64,000 nucleotides of DNA. Origin: Blastocatellia bacterium. GTDB taxonomy: Bacteria > Acidobacteriota > Blastocatellia > UBA7656. The notes beneath the pieces were generated by a model. It did no database searches. It saw only the letters and a list, made by a program, of their open reading frames with translations, and was not told the DNA's origin. A program made the position numbers and the translations under genes. Position 1 is the stretch's first letter. Each line of letters begins with the position of its first letter. Shown one piece after another: positions 12,978-22,092 of the stretch. The stretch is taken from positions 640,001-704,000 of the forward strand of contig CAVXWP010000001.1 in NCBI GenBank assembly GCA_963765495.1. Reading direction: 5' to 3'.

Positions 12978-15434
12978 ATGGCTAAAACAAATGAGGGCGT
13001 GAAGTGGGGCGCGCTGATGCTGACTCTGATTTTGCTCGCAAGCTCGATCACTCTGCCAGTGGCGCGCGCGTCTGATTTCGGCGAGAAATCGACCTTTGCG
13101 GCTCGACAGGATTTCGACGAAGATTCGATCACTTTCGATAACCTGCTTCCGGCGGGCGGTTATTCGCTCTATATCGAAATGCGCAATGTAGGTCAGCAGG
13201 TAAAGTCGGGTGGATTTGCCGAGATTCTTGGTCCTCTTTTGCCTATAGTGAGCGGAGGCGCGCGCGAGGTAACCGAGCTTGTCGCCTTTGTCACCGAACA
13301 TGCCGACCAGTTATCCCGGTCGCGTATGATGGTTGCCGCAATGGCTGCTAACGCCTCGCTTCCGCAGGTGGTCTTTGCTCTTGAGATGAGTTCCCCCGAC
13401 GGTGCAAAAGAATTCGAACCGGCGTTTCGAAGCTTTCTCTCATCTATGATGCATTCGCCGCCCGGCGTGCTCGCAGGCCCGCAGCCGTCGGCCGAGGAAG
13501 CTGCGCCTCAACCGAATCTTATTAAACGGGCGGGGAGCCTGCTTATAGTCAGCGACGCGCAGTTCTCTTTCAAATCGCTCAGGCGCGAAGACGGGAAGCT
13601 TCTCTCAAATGACCCAAACTTTCGCGCGGCGCGTGACCGCTTCTATTCCGAAATTCTATTCGTCTATTACGATATGGCCTTGAGCGAACGCGCAGCCAGC
13701 GAGCGATACGACTCCTATGACACAGCCAGCCGGACGGCCGAAATGCAGACCGAGATTCCACCGCCTGCCGAACAGACCGGGGATGCTTCGGTAGAGGCTC
13801 CCCGGTCCGAGCCGGTCCATCAAGCGCCCGCTGTGGTTGCAACTCCCGAAGTCAAAACTACCGAAACCGGAGAAGATGCAGGTGCTGCCGCCTCGGGCGC
13901 GCAAACCTCACCGCCGCGCAAGGGCCGGAGGCGGACGCGCGCCGCCGCGCAGCCAAAGGGTGCGGGCACAGGCAAGGTCGGGAACAAACCCGAAATAGTG
14001 GCTTCTGTAGGTGAGACACCGGCCCCGGACGCCACGGACAACACAAATCGCGGAGATCAATTTGAGGGGATGCTCTCTTTCCTGTTTAGCGGCAGTATGA
14101 GAGAGGCAAGACCGCCTCAGTCCATAGCTCTTGCTCTCGGGTTGGATGGCGATGAATTGCTCATCCACGCTCTGCTGATAAATGAATTTGGAGCGCCCGC
14201 AAGTCCGCTTCCTTTCTTTACGTCTCTGGTTTCAGGTCCTCCATTGCCGCCCGAAGCCGCCGCGTATGCGCCCTCGGATACGGAAATATTTGTGAGCGCA
14301 TCGCTCGACCTGGCGCGCAACTACATTTCGATCTTCGATATGGCCGGGGGGCCGAGTCAGTTGAACCTGAACCCGGGAAGAAAGCAGAAAGAGAAGACCG
14401 AGACGTTTGAAATGAAGATAGCGGCCTTTGAGAAAAAGCATGGCTTCAAGGTTAAAGACGTATTGCTTGCCTCTCTTGGCAATGAGGTTGCGCTGAGTGC
14501 TCAGGGGTCGCTCTTTTCCGGGCGAAGCTCTCCTTCGGGTGTCTCCTCTTCTCAAATATCACAGGCAGGCCCGATTCTTTTTATCTCGGTTCAAGACAAG
14601 GTCGCTTTGCAGCCAAAGCTTGTACCGATACTGGAATTACTGGGATTGAAGACGGCCAGTGAAAAAGGTGTGACCGAAAAGCACGGGGAGATTGAAATCA
14701 CCAGCTACAGCAAGCTCTCTTTCGCATTCATCAACAACTTTCTGTTGCTGGCTCAGAATGCCGCCTCCCTGCGCCGTGCGATAGAGGCTTATACCACAAA
14801 TCAAACGCTTGTAGGAGATCGCGATTTTCACAATTATATGCGCTGGCAGCCGCGCAATCTGCTCGCCCAGGTTTATGTTTCAAGCGCGATTATGAAGGGG
14901 CTGCTTGATGAAACCAAGAAGGCGGCCGAAGAGACCGATGATGAAACACGCGAATTTATCGAGCAGTTGAATTTCGCGCCTGAGCCGATCACATATGCGG
15001 CAGAGTCGGATATAATCGGGCCTCATTACGAATTGCATCTTCCAAAGAGCCTGATATTGATGATGATTGCGCAAATGACGACGGGCGCAAACCGGGGGCG
15101 AATTCCTGCAAATGAGGGATTGGTAAGATATATGTTTACGACGTTGCACGAGGCTGAGGTGCAATACCAGAGCCAGCACGGAAGATTTGCCAGCGCCGAC
15201 GAGCTTGAGGAAGCCAAGATGTTCGATAAATCAGTCTTCGATGGGATGGGCTACAGCTTTGAACTGAGCGCGTCAGGCGGCAGGTATCAGGCTACGGCTG
15301 CGCCGCTCACCTACGGCAAGACGGGTCGCGTATCTTTCTATATTGATGAGACGGGCGTTATCAGAGAGGGCGATCACGAAGGAAAACCCGCGACCGGGGC
15401 AGATAAGGCGTCGTCGCAGACGGGCAAGAACTGA
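12978..15434 (+). CDS. Large exported protein (DUF3352-like) with C-terminal pilin-head-like domain
   Basis: SD AGGAG; signal peptide; Pro/Ala-rich linker; C-terminal ANE...LHEAEVQY...GYSF...YQATAAPLTYGKTGRVSFYIDETGVIR resembles type IV pilin globular domains. Confidence 0.6.
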   Translation: MAKTNEGVKWGALMLTLILLASSITLPVARASDFGEKSTFAARQDFDEDSITFDNLLPAGGYSLYIEMRNVGQQVKSGGFAEILGPLLPIVSGGAREVTELVAFVTEHADQLSRSRMMVAAMAANASLPQVVFALEMSSPDGAKEFEPAFRSFLSSMMHSPPGVLAGPQPSAEEAAPQPNLIKRAGSLLIVSDAQFSFKSLRREDGKLLSNDPNFRAARDRFYSEILFVYYDMALSERAASERYDSYDTASRTAEMQTEIPPPAEQTGDASVEAPRSEPVHQAPAVVATPEVKTTETGEDAGAAASGAQTSPPRKGRRRTRAAAQPKGAGTGKVGNKPEIVASVGETPAPDATDNTNRGDQFEGMLSFLFSGSMREARPPQSIALALGLDGDELLIHALLINEFGAPASPLPFFTSLVSGPPLPPEAAAYAPSDTEIFVSASLDLARNYISIFDMAGGPSQLNLNPGRKQKEKTETFEMKIAAFEKKHGFKVKDVLLASLGNEVALSAQGSLFSGRSSPSGVSSSQISQAGPILFISVQDKVALQPKLVPILELLGLKTASEKGVTEKHGEIEITSYSKLSFAFINNFLLLAQNAASLRRAIEAYTTNQTLVGDRDFHNYMRWQPRNLLAQVYVSSAIMKGLLDETKKAAEETDDETREFIEQLNFAPEPITYAAESDIIGPHYELHLPKSLILMMIAQMTTGANRGRIPANEGLVRYMFTTLHEAEVQYQSQHGRFASADELEEAKMFDKSVFDGMGYSFELSASGGRYQATAAPLTYGKTGRVSFYIDETGVIREGDHEGKPATGADKASSQTGKN

Positions 15435-15443
15435 ATAAAAATC

Positions 15444-15563
15444 GTGATGCGGTCAATGATGCGTGATGCGTGATGCGTGATTTAGCAGACTATCAAGCTG
15501 TCTTAAACCTGCGGTCTGCCGTATAGTCACAAATCACTCTTCACGCATCATTGACCGCGTCAC
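15444..15563. repeat. GTGATGC heptamer tandem repeats plus 23-bp inverted repeat overlapping the GAF gene 3' end
   Basis: 15444-15466 GTGATGCGGTCAATGATGCGTGA matches the reverse complement of 15541-15563 at 22/23 positions. Confidence 0.8.
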
Positions 15564-16257
15564 TGGCCGATGACAGCTTTTCCAGCTTATAACGCTGATC
15601 AATTAGCTTGATCGCAAGATAAGAGAGCGCAAACAGTCCGTATCTTTGCTCGGCAGTCAGAGTGCGGGGCACGCGGTCTATCACGCAGAGCGATCCAAGC
15701 GCATACCCATCAAAAGTGACAAGCGGCGCTCCGGCGTAGAAGCGCACACCTGCTTCGCCGATAACGAAAGGGTTTGAAGAGAAACGCGCATCAGTCGAGG
15801 CATCTTCGATTATAAACAGACCGTGATGGCGGATCGTATGAGCGCAGAAGGCGACCTCTCGCGGCGATTCGTTTATATCTAATCCGACCTTTGATTTGAA
15901 CCACTGTCTTGAGCGATCAATCAGGCTCATCAACGATACGGGCGTTCCGCAAATGGTAGAAGCCAGCCGGGTAATATGGTCGAACTCTTCTTCGGGCGGA
16001 GTGTCGAGCAGATGGTATCGGCGCAGGGCTGCAAGCCTTCCTTTTTCACTTTTCGGCTCGGCAGGTTGATCGGGCGAACGCGAATCAGCCTGAGGCAGAT
16101 TATCTTCAATATTTCCCTTGCTCTTTTCGAAAGAGGCTCCGCTCAGGGTGATGTCCGGGAGCGTCGCTTCCGGGAATCTGGCTGGAACCGAGCCTCCGCA
16201 ATAAGGGCAAAAGTGGACCTCTGATAGAATCTCAGATTTACACGCTGGGCATATCAT
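15541..16257 (-). CDS. Zinc-ribbon + GAF domain protein (no output domain)
   Basis: CPAC...CPYCG; RLAAL..Y.LLDT..EEEFD.IT.LA, FCAHTI, RFYAGAPL...G..LGSLCVID GAF signature. Confidence 0.88.
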   Translation of the reverse strand: MICPACKSEILSEVHFCPYCGGSVPARFPEATLPDITLSGASFEKSKGNIEDNLPQADSRSPDQPAEPKSEKGRLAALRRYHLLDTPPEEEFDHITRLASTICGTPVSLMSLIDRSRQWFKSKVGLDINESPREVAFCAHTIRHHGLFIIEDASTDARFSSNPFVIGEAGVRFYAGAPLVTFDGYALGSLCVIDRVPRTLTAEQRYGLFALSYLAIKLIDQRYKLEKLSSASDAVNDA

Positions 16258-16410
16258 CGGCGCATACTCTATTTTACAATCCGAGAGATTTGCAAGCCCG
16301 TGTGCGCCTCGGCTTAAAAGCAGACGGAACCAGGGTCATTCGGTTCTCAGATTGGCCCCCCGAGATCGCAGGAAATTAAGGAATCACGTATTGCTTTATG
16401 AAAAATCACA

Positions 16411-16470
16411 GCGTACTTTGCGGCTTCGCAGCTTCGCGAGAAATAGTCGCTCGCAATGTCGCAAAGTACG
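16411..16470. repeat. REP-like intergenic palindrome
   Basis: GCGTACTTTGCGGC ... GTCGCAAAGTACGC. Confidence 0.55.
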
Positions 16471-16520
16471 CCAGGGATTCCCTGAAAGTTAAATGACACT
16501 GGCCGCGACTGCCATGTCGC

Positions 16521-17492
16521 TTATTTGCTTGCCGACTCAGAGCCGCCGAGGAATTTGATCACAGCAGCGTTGAATTGTGCCGTCTGCTCTATCTGCGGGA
16601 CGTGGCCGCATTTTTCGATTACCAGAAGCTCTGATCCGGGAATGTCTTTCTTGAACCGCTCGCCCATTGCAAGCGGAGTCAACATATCTTCGCGGCCCCA
16701 AACGATCAGCGTCGGCTGCTTGATTTTAGATGCGTGGTCGTCAAGCACATCTTCGCCGCGACCGATCGATTCGATGAATCGCTGGACGGTGTAACCGTCG
16801 CCCGCCGTCATTTTTCGAGCGAAGAACATGGCTACATTCGCGTCGTTGAGGAAAAGCTTTTTGTTATAGAAGACGAGCGAAAGAATTTGCCGGGTATCTT
16901 CGAGCGTCGAAGGATTCAACGCACTCAACGTGCGAGGATCTGTCTCTTTTGGGAGCGAATAACCGGCTGCATCTACCAGCACAAGCCGCTCGACTTTCTC
17001 CGGGTGAGCGAGAGCGAAAGAGGCGGCAGCAAATCCGCCAAGCGAGTTACCCACAAGCGAAGCGCGTTCGATCTTCAGTTCTTTGTAGAAGCCGTCCAGA
17101 AAATCGACGAGCGTCTGGATGCGATAATTGATCATGGGTTTGTCGGATTTGCCAAAACCTATCTGATCGGGCGCTATAACGCGAAAGTGTTTGGCGAGCG
17201 CGTCGATATTCATCGCCCAGCTTGAATTATCCGCTCCCAGTCCGTGCAGCAAAATCACCACGGGGCCGCTGCCCGCTTCGCGGTAATGAATCTTTACGCC
17301 GTAAACGGTGACGACCTTGTCTTCGGCGTTCTGGGGGAGGGCCGCCTGAGTGCTGCCGGCGCGGGCGAGCAGCGCAGGCATAGAGACCAGTTCTTGCGCA
17401 GCCGCCGCAATTGAGGTTGGGATCAGGATGAGGAGCGAAAGCGCGATTGCCCCGCCTCGGTTGATGAGACCAGGTCCACGGAAGTTTTTCAT
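16521..17492 (-). CDS. Exported alpha/beta-fold hydrolase
   Basis: LLHGLG, APDQIGFGKS, nucleophile elbow GNSLGG, WGRED, GHVPQIE; start placed at MKNF with SD AAAGGA. Confidence 0.9.
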   Translation of the reverse strand: MKNFRGPGLINRGGAIALSLLILIPTSIAAAAQELVSMPALLARAGSTQAALPQNAEDKVVTVYGVKIHYREAGSGPVVILLHGLGADNSSWAMNIDALAKHFRVIAPDQIGFGKSDKPMINYRIQTLVDFLDGFYKELKIERASLVGNSLGGFAAASFALAHPEKVERLVLVDAAGYSLPKETDPRTLSALNPSTLEDTRQILSLVFYNKKLFLNDANVAMFFARKMTAGDGYTVQRFIESIGRGEDVLDDHASKIKQPTLIVWGREDMLTPLAMGERFKKDIPGSELLVIEKCGHVPQIEQTAQFNAAVIKFLGGSESASK

Positions 17493-17520
17493 GGGCGGTG
17501 TCCTTTTTATTCTAATGGGA

Positions 17521-18135
17521 TCAGACCCAGACTTTCTCAAGCGGCACGCCGTCATTACATTGCGGGCAATCCTCCTGCGTATGGAACTTCGAATCCACAT
17601 CGAGGACCGAGTAATAGGGTATGTCGCCAATGTCCATCTTTGCGTCATTGAAATGCACGAGCGAGCCGATGGCTATCACCTTCGCCCCGACCTGCTGTAT
17701 CAGGTCTACCATGTAAGTGATGGCTTTGCCCGAGCGCACTATATCATCTACGAGAATGCATTTTAGTCCTTTGGCATCCAGATACTGCCGGAAGTAGTAG
17801 CGGCCGTCCTCTTTTTCGGCCCAGAATATCTGATCGGCATCAAGCGCCTCGCGAACGCCGAAGGCGACAGGGATGCCGCCGGCTGCGGGCGCTACTATCG
17901 CGCAGTCGGGGAGCGCGGCCAGCACATCGTGCTCCATCCGCATCTTGCGCGCAAGAGCTACGTTCAGCACCCGCGCGTTGCCGTGATAACGCATAGCGAG
18001 AGGCATCTGGAAATAATGCTCCGAATGCAACCCATTCGGGAACTCGAAGTGGCCTTCGCGCAGCGCGTCGGTCTCTTTTAAAAGATCGCACACCTGCTCA
18101 CTTGACGGTATAAGCTGAGGCGTTGGTATTAACAT
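17521..18135 (-). CDS. pyrE: Type I phosphoribosyltransferase, orotate PRTase-like
   Basis: ALREGHF...GLHSEHYFQ, PAAGGIP, PRPP loop ILVDDIVRSG, C-terminal CPQC. Confidence 0.7.
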   Translation of the reverse strand: MLIPTPQLIPSSEQVCDLLKETDALREGHFEFPNGLHSEHYFQMPLAMRYHGNARVLNVALARKMRMEHDVLAALPDCAIVAPAAGGIPVAFGVREALDADQIFWAEKEDGRYYFRQYLDAKGLKCILVDDIVRSGKAITYMVDLIQQVGAKVIAIGSLVHFNDAKMDIGDIPYYSVLDVDSKFHTQEDCPQCNDGVPLEKVWV

Positions 18136-18229
18136 TAAACCTCCGTTCGAGCAAAAGAAGCGCTGATCTATTTTGTTGAGCGCCCCGGCCCGGCAACAAA
18201 TATTGATAAGGCATTCAAATTAAGTTGCC

Positions 18230-18258
18230 ATTATATTTCGCCGCCCAAATTGTTTCAA
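18230..18258 (-). promoter_or_regulatory. Sigma-70 promoter of the pyrE-like gene
   Basis: Minus strand TTGAAA-17 bp-TATAAT. Confidence 0.65.
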
Positions 18259-18567
18259 GGTAAGCTTCCGAAAGCCTTCGCGCCTGCCTGTCAGAGCGCA
18301 GGGCCATTCAGTTATTGATTAGCGAGCAATAGGCGGAAGAAATCTTAAAAGTTGAGTTCAAGCAAAGGCGTGTTGAAATAGGCCGGGACGCCTATTCCCC
18401 TTTTCCATATGCTACATTTTTGGAAAACTGAATGGTCCTGATAAAATGCCGCTCTAATTATGGTTCTCTTTTCACATCCTGTCATCCTGTTGTAGTATCG
18501 TGGCGTCCTTGTTAACAACCGGCGCTGTCCGGCTTTCGATCAACGGGGCGAATTCAATATCGAGACT

Positions 18568-20907
18568 ATGGAAAGAAAATCAAAACAACCTCAATCTATG
18601 GAAGAGGCAGGGCTCATTCGCAACCTCTCATTGTTTGATATCACAATGGTAGGCGTGGGCGCGATGATCGGCGCGGGCATTTTCGTGCTGACCGGAATCG
18701 CAGCCGGCACGGCCGGGCCCGCGCTTATACTGGCCTTTGCGCTCAACGGCGTTGTAACGGTCTTTACCGCGATGGTCTATGCCGAACTTGGCTCGGCGAT
18801 CCCGGAAGCCGGAGGCGGCTATCTCTGGGTCAAGGAAGGTCTGCCTTCGTGGAATGCCTTTCTTGCCGGATGGATGAGCTGGTTTGCGCACGCCGTCGCG
18901 GGAAGTCTCTACGCCCTCGGGTTCGGCGCATACGTAGAGCTGATGCTCAACCGCTTCGACATATCGCCGTTCGGGCTGACGGGCGAGCCTCTGCATAAGA
19001 TACTGGCGCTTTTGATCGCTCTGGCCTTTATCGCCATCAATTTCAAAGGCGTGTCAGAGACCGGGGCTATCGGCAATCTGGTCACGGTGGGAAAGATCAT
19101 AATACTTGGAATATTCATCGTGAGCGGGCTGGTCGCAATCTATCAGCATCCCGCTTATCTGGATAAATTCACACCCTTTGCGCCTACGGGTATCACAGGG
19201 GTGCTGACGGCTATGGGGCTGACCTTTATCGCCTTCGAAGGATACGAGATCATCGTGCAGGCGGGCGAAGAGGTGAAAAATCCGAAGAAGAATATCCCGA
19301 AGGCGATATTTCTTTCGCTTGCCATAGTGATTCCCATCTACATCCTCGTAGCCTTTACGGCCCTCGGAGCGGTGAACCCTGAAACCAGCGAGCCTACGTG
19401 GCAATGGCTGGCCGCTCACGCCGAGGTAGGACTTGCCGAAGCCGCGCGCCAGTTCATGCCGCTCGGGACGGTGCTGTTGCTTGCGGGCGGGTTGCTTTCG
19501 ACCATGAGCGCGCTCAACGCGACTACGTTCTCTTCCACTCGTGTTTCGTTTGCGATGGGACGCGACCGCAACCTGCCTGATCTTTTCGCAAAAATTCACA
19601 AACGTACGCGCACGCCGCACATGGCTCTATTGTCGAGCGGCGCGCTGATAATAATTATGGCGGTGATGATTCCTATCGAAGACGTAGCGGCGGCGGCAGA
19701 TGTAATGTTTTTGTTGCTCTTCTTACAGGTCAATATCGCCGTGATTACGATACGAAAAAAATATGGAGACAAGCTCGATTACGGATACCTGATTCCATTC
19801 CATCCCGTGTTGCCGATCATCAACATAGGGTTGATCATCTTTCTCGCGCTCTTCATGTTTCACTTCTCAACGCTTGCGTGGTTTTTCGTGATCGGCTGGA
19901 TCGTTGCCGGGCTCGCTATCTACTGGACCTATGCCTCGCGCAGGGAAAGAGAGAAAGAACTGACGCCTATCCTGCTAGAGCAGAGGCTGATTACGCCCGA
20001 CGAACGGTTCCGCGTGCTTGTTCCCATAGCCAATCCGCGAGCCGCCGACACTATTTTGCGGGCTGCCACACGCATTGCGCGCCCGATGGACGGCGAGCTT
20101 TTATTGCTGTATGTGGCGACGCTCGCCCCGCAGACTCCGCTCAGCGCCGGACAAAAAATCATCGAGCAGATTCGCCCCGTGATTGACCAGACCGCAACGC
20201 TTGCCGACAGCATGGGAGTTGATTCGCAGGTGCTTGTGAGGTTGAGTCATAAGCCTTCAAAAGGCATTATCCACACCGTAGAAGAGAGGAAAATAGATTT
20301 CGCCGTCATGGGATGGCGCGGTCGGTCGCGCGATCCGCAGACGATGATCGGGCGCAACATCGACGACGTGCTCAAGCACGCTCCGGCCAATGTGCTCGTC
20401 GTAAAGCAGGGCGCTCCCATCCCTGCCCGCCGTATCCTTATACCTGTGGCAAACCCCCGGACCGCCGGCCTGCTGCTTGCCATAGGGCGGTTGATGCTCG
20501 ATGATGAGGGCGAAGGACATCTTATAACGGCGCTCCACGCAATGCCGCCGGGCCTGTTGCCGGAGGAAAAGACCCGGCGCGTGGACGAAATCAAAGAGGC
20601 GCTCGCAAAGCCTGCTTTTTTCGATCCTCAAGACGCGGTGATACAACTTGACGGCAATCCCATAAGCTTCACGGTTGTCGAGGCGACCGACGTTGTGAAG
20701 GCCATTCTCGACAGTCTGGACGAATCGGATTTGCTTATCGTAGGCTCTTCGGAAGAGAGCTGGCTCAAGCGAAGCATCTATGGTCAGATGCCTTATCGCA
20801 TAGCAAAACAATCGGACTGCCCGGTTATAATGGTCAACCAGGGAACCAGCCAGGTCAAGTTCGGGATTCAGAAATTCTTTCAGTTCTTCCGAGAGTTGGA
20901 AGAGTAA
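18568..20907 (+). CDS. APC-family amino acid permease fused to two universal stress protein (USP) domains
   Basis: GAMIGAGIF, YAELGSAIPEAGGGY, FIAFEGYE, about 12 TMs; two RVLVPIANP-type USP domains. Confidence 0.9.
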   Translation: MERKSKQPQSMEEAGLIRNLSLFDITMVGVGAMIGAGIFVLTGIAAGTAGPALILAFALNGVVTVFTAMVYAELGSAIPEAGGGYLWVKEGLPSWNAFLAGWMSWFAHAVAGSLYALGFGAYVELMLNRFDISPFGLTGEPLHKILALLIALAFIAINFKGVSETGAIGNLVTVGKIIILGIFIVSGLVAIYQHPAYLDKFTPFAPTGITGVLTAMGLTFIAFEGYEIIVQAGEEVKNPKKNIPKAIFLSLAIVIPIYILVAFTALGAVNPETSEPTWQWLAAHAEVGLAEAARQFMPLGTVLLLAGGLLSTMSALNATTFSSTRVSFAMGRDRNLPDLFAKIHKRTRTPHMALLSSGALIIIMAVMIPIEDVAAAADVMFLLLFLQVNIAVITIRKKYGDKLDYGYLIPFHPVLPIINIGLIIFLALFMFHFSTLAWFFVIGWIVAGLAIYWTYASRREREKELTPILLEQRLITPDERFRVLVPIANPRAADTILRAATRIARPMDGELLLLYVATLAPQTPLSAGQKIIEQIRPVIDQTATLADSMGVDSQVLVRLSHKPSKGIIHTVEERKIDFAVMGWRGRSRDPQTMIGRNIDDVLKHAPANVLVVKQGAPIPARRILIPVANPRTAGLLLAIGRLMLDDEGEGHLITALHAMPPGLLPEEKTRRVDEIKEALAKPAFFDPQDAVIQLDGNPISFTVVEATDVVKAILDSLDESDLLIVGSSEESWLKRSIYGQMPYRIAKQSDCPVIMVNQGTSQVKFGIQKFFQFFRELEE

Positions 20908-20954
20908 GAGCCCACGACGCGAAGGACTGGCTGGCCGATTGGCGGAGACCGCTT

Positions 20955-21263
20955 ATGTCACTCGAAGACCTTGAACGCGCAGGTGTGTTGCTTCCCCGCG
21001 ATGAATGGGGAAAGCGCGACCTGCACACAACCGTAAACAAACCCTTGCTTGGGGTCACGGGCGCGACTGCCGCGATTTCAGCCTTGCTGATGTATTTCGG
21101 CGGCGGGGGCCTCTTTACATGGATCGGTGTAGGGCTGTATTTCGTCGTGCTGTTTGGCTTCACCCTCGTTTCGCTTCGAGCCGTCGAGAAGCAAGTCAGC
21201 CAATCAGCGCTCGATCAATCAGAGCATCAGAATCAAGAGGCGCAAGACGCGGATAAAAAGTAG
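20955..21263 (+). CDS. Small two-TM membrane protein
   Basis: SD GGAG; two hydrophobic helices; co-oriented with its neighbours. Confidence 0.65.
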   Translation: MSLEDLERAGVLLPRDEWGKRDLHTTVNKPLLGVTGATAAISALLMYFGGGGLFTWIGVGLYFVVLFGFTLVSLRAVEKQVSQSALDQSEHQNQEAQDADKK

Positions 21264-21302
21264 CGGCGCGCGTCTCCTGTCTGCAAATTATGGAGGTTTG
21301 CC

Positions 21303-22025
21303 ATGAGTGAACCGGCTTTAGCCCTGCCAGAAGAGTTCCCCGATTATTTGAAGTATTCGGATGAAATCGCTCCCGTACCCTCGTGGGAGCAGGTGACGCG
21401 AAGCGTAGAGACGATCAGCCATGAGATGCGAGAACACCTCTCGCGGATAATAACCGGCTCAACAGACGAGGCTCAGGCGCAGGCGGTGTGGGAAGCGTGG
21501 CCGGGCAATTATCGCCGCTCGGTCGGGCTGCTCGCGGATAAGATTTACAACGAAGGGTGGCTCGATCTGGTAGGACAGATAGAAGGCTACCCCTGGGATG
21601 GAGGCTTCTTCTTCCATCCGCGTGCGTCTGAGCGGGGCACCTTTTCCGAAGTGATGGAATCGAAATCCGGCAAGGACGGCGCATACACGGAATGCACCCT
21701 GCGCAACGGGCTGTTTGCCTACCTGAACAAATCGGCCCACAAAGGCTGGCAGAGGGGCTGGATGGAAAATAACGCCCCGCTTGCGGCGCTGCACGTAGGC
21801 ATATTTGCAAACGGCACCGCCGAAGTCCATTTCGATGCGTTCAACTCTTTGTATACCAACGGAGCGCCGCGCCGCGAGGTCATACGCATACCCTTGCTTG
21901 GCTCGTTCAACCACGTGATGTTCCGGCTGCACAAGCGGTGGGAGATGTCTCCGTACGGTGCTGTCGCCCGCACATCGGCAAATTTTTATTACATGCTGCG
22001 CGACAAGATTCCGCTTTCGTTTTAA
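21303..22025 (+). CDS. Hypothetical protein
   Basis: Strong SD GGAGG; 240 aa ORF; no family recognised. Confidence 0.7.
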   Translation: MSEPALALPEEFPDYLKYSDEIAPVPSWEQVTRSVETISHEMREHLSRIITGSTDEAQAQAVWEAWPGNYRRSVGLLADKIYNEGWLDLVGQIEGYPWDGGFFFHPRASERGTFSEVMESKSGKDGAYTECTLRNGLFAYLNKSAHKGWQRGWMENNAPLAALHVGIFANGTAEVHFDAFNSLYTNGAPRREVIRIPLLGSFNHVMFRLHKRWEMSPYGAVARTSANFYYMLRDKIPLSF

Positions 22026-22092
22026 AGGTAGCGCAAATAGGCCGCAACCTATTGCCTCTTTCCCAACCATTCAAATGAATTTCGATCAAGCT

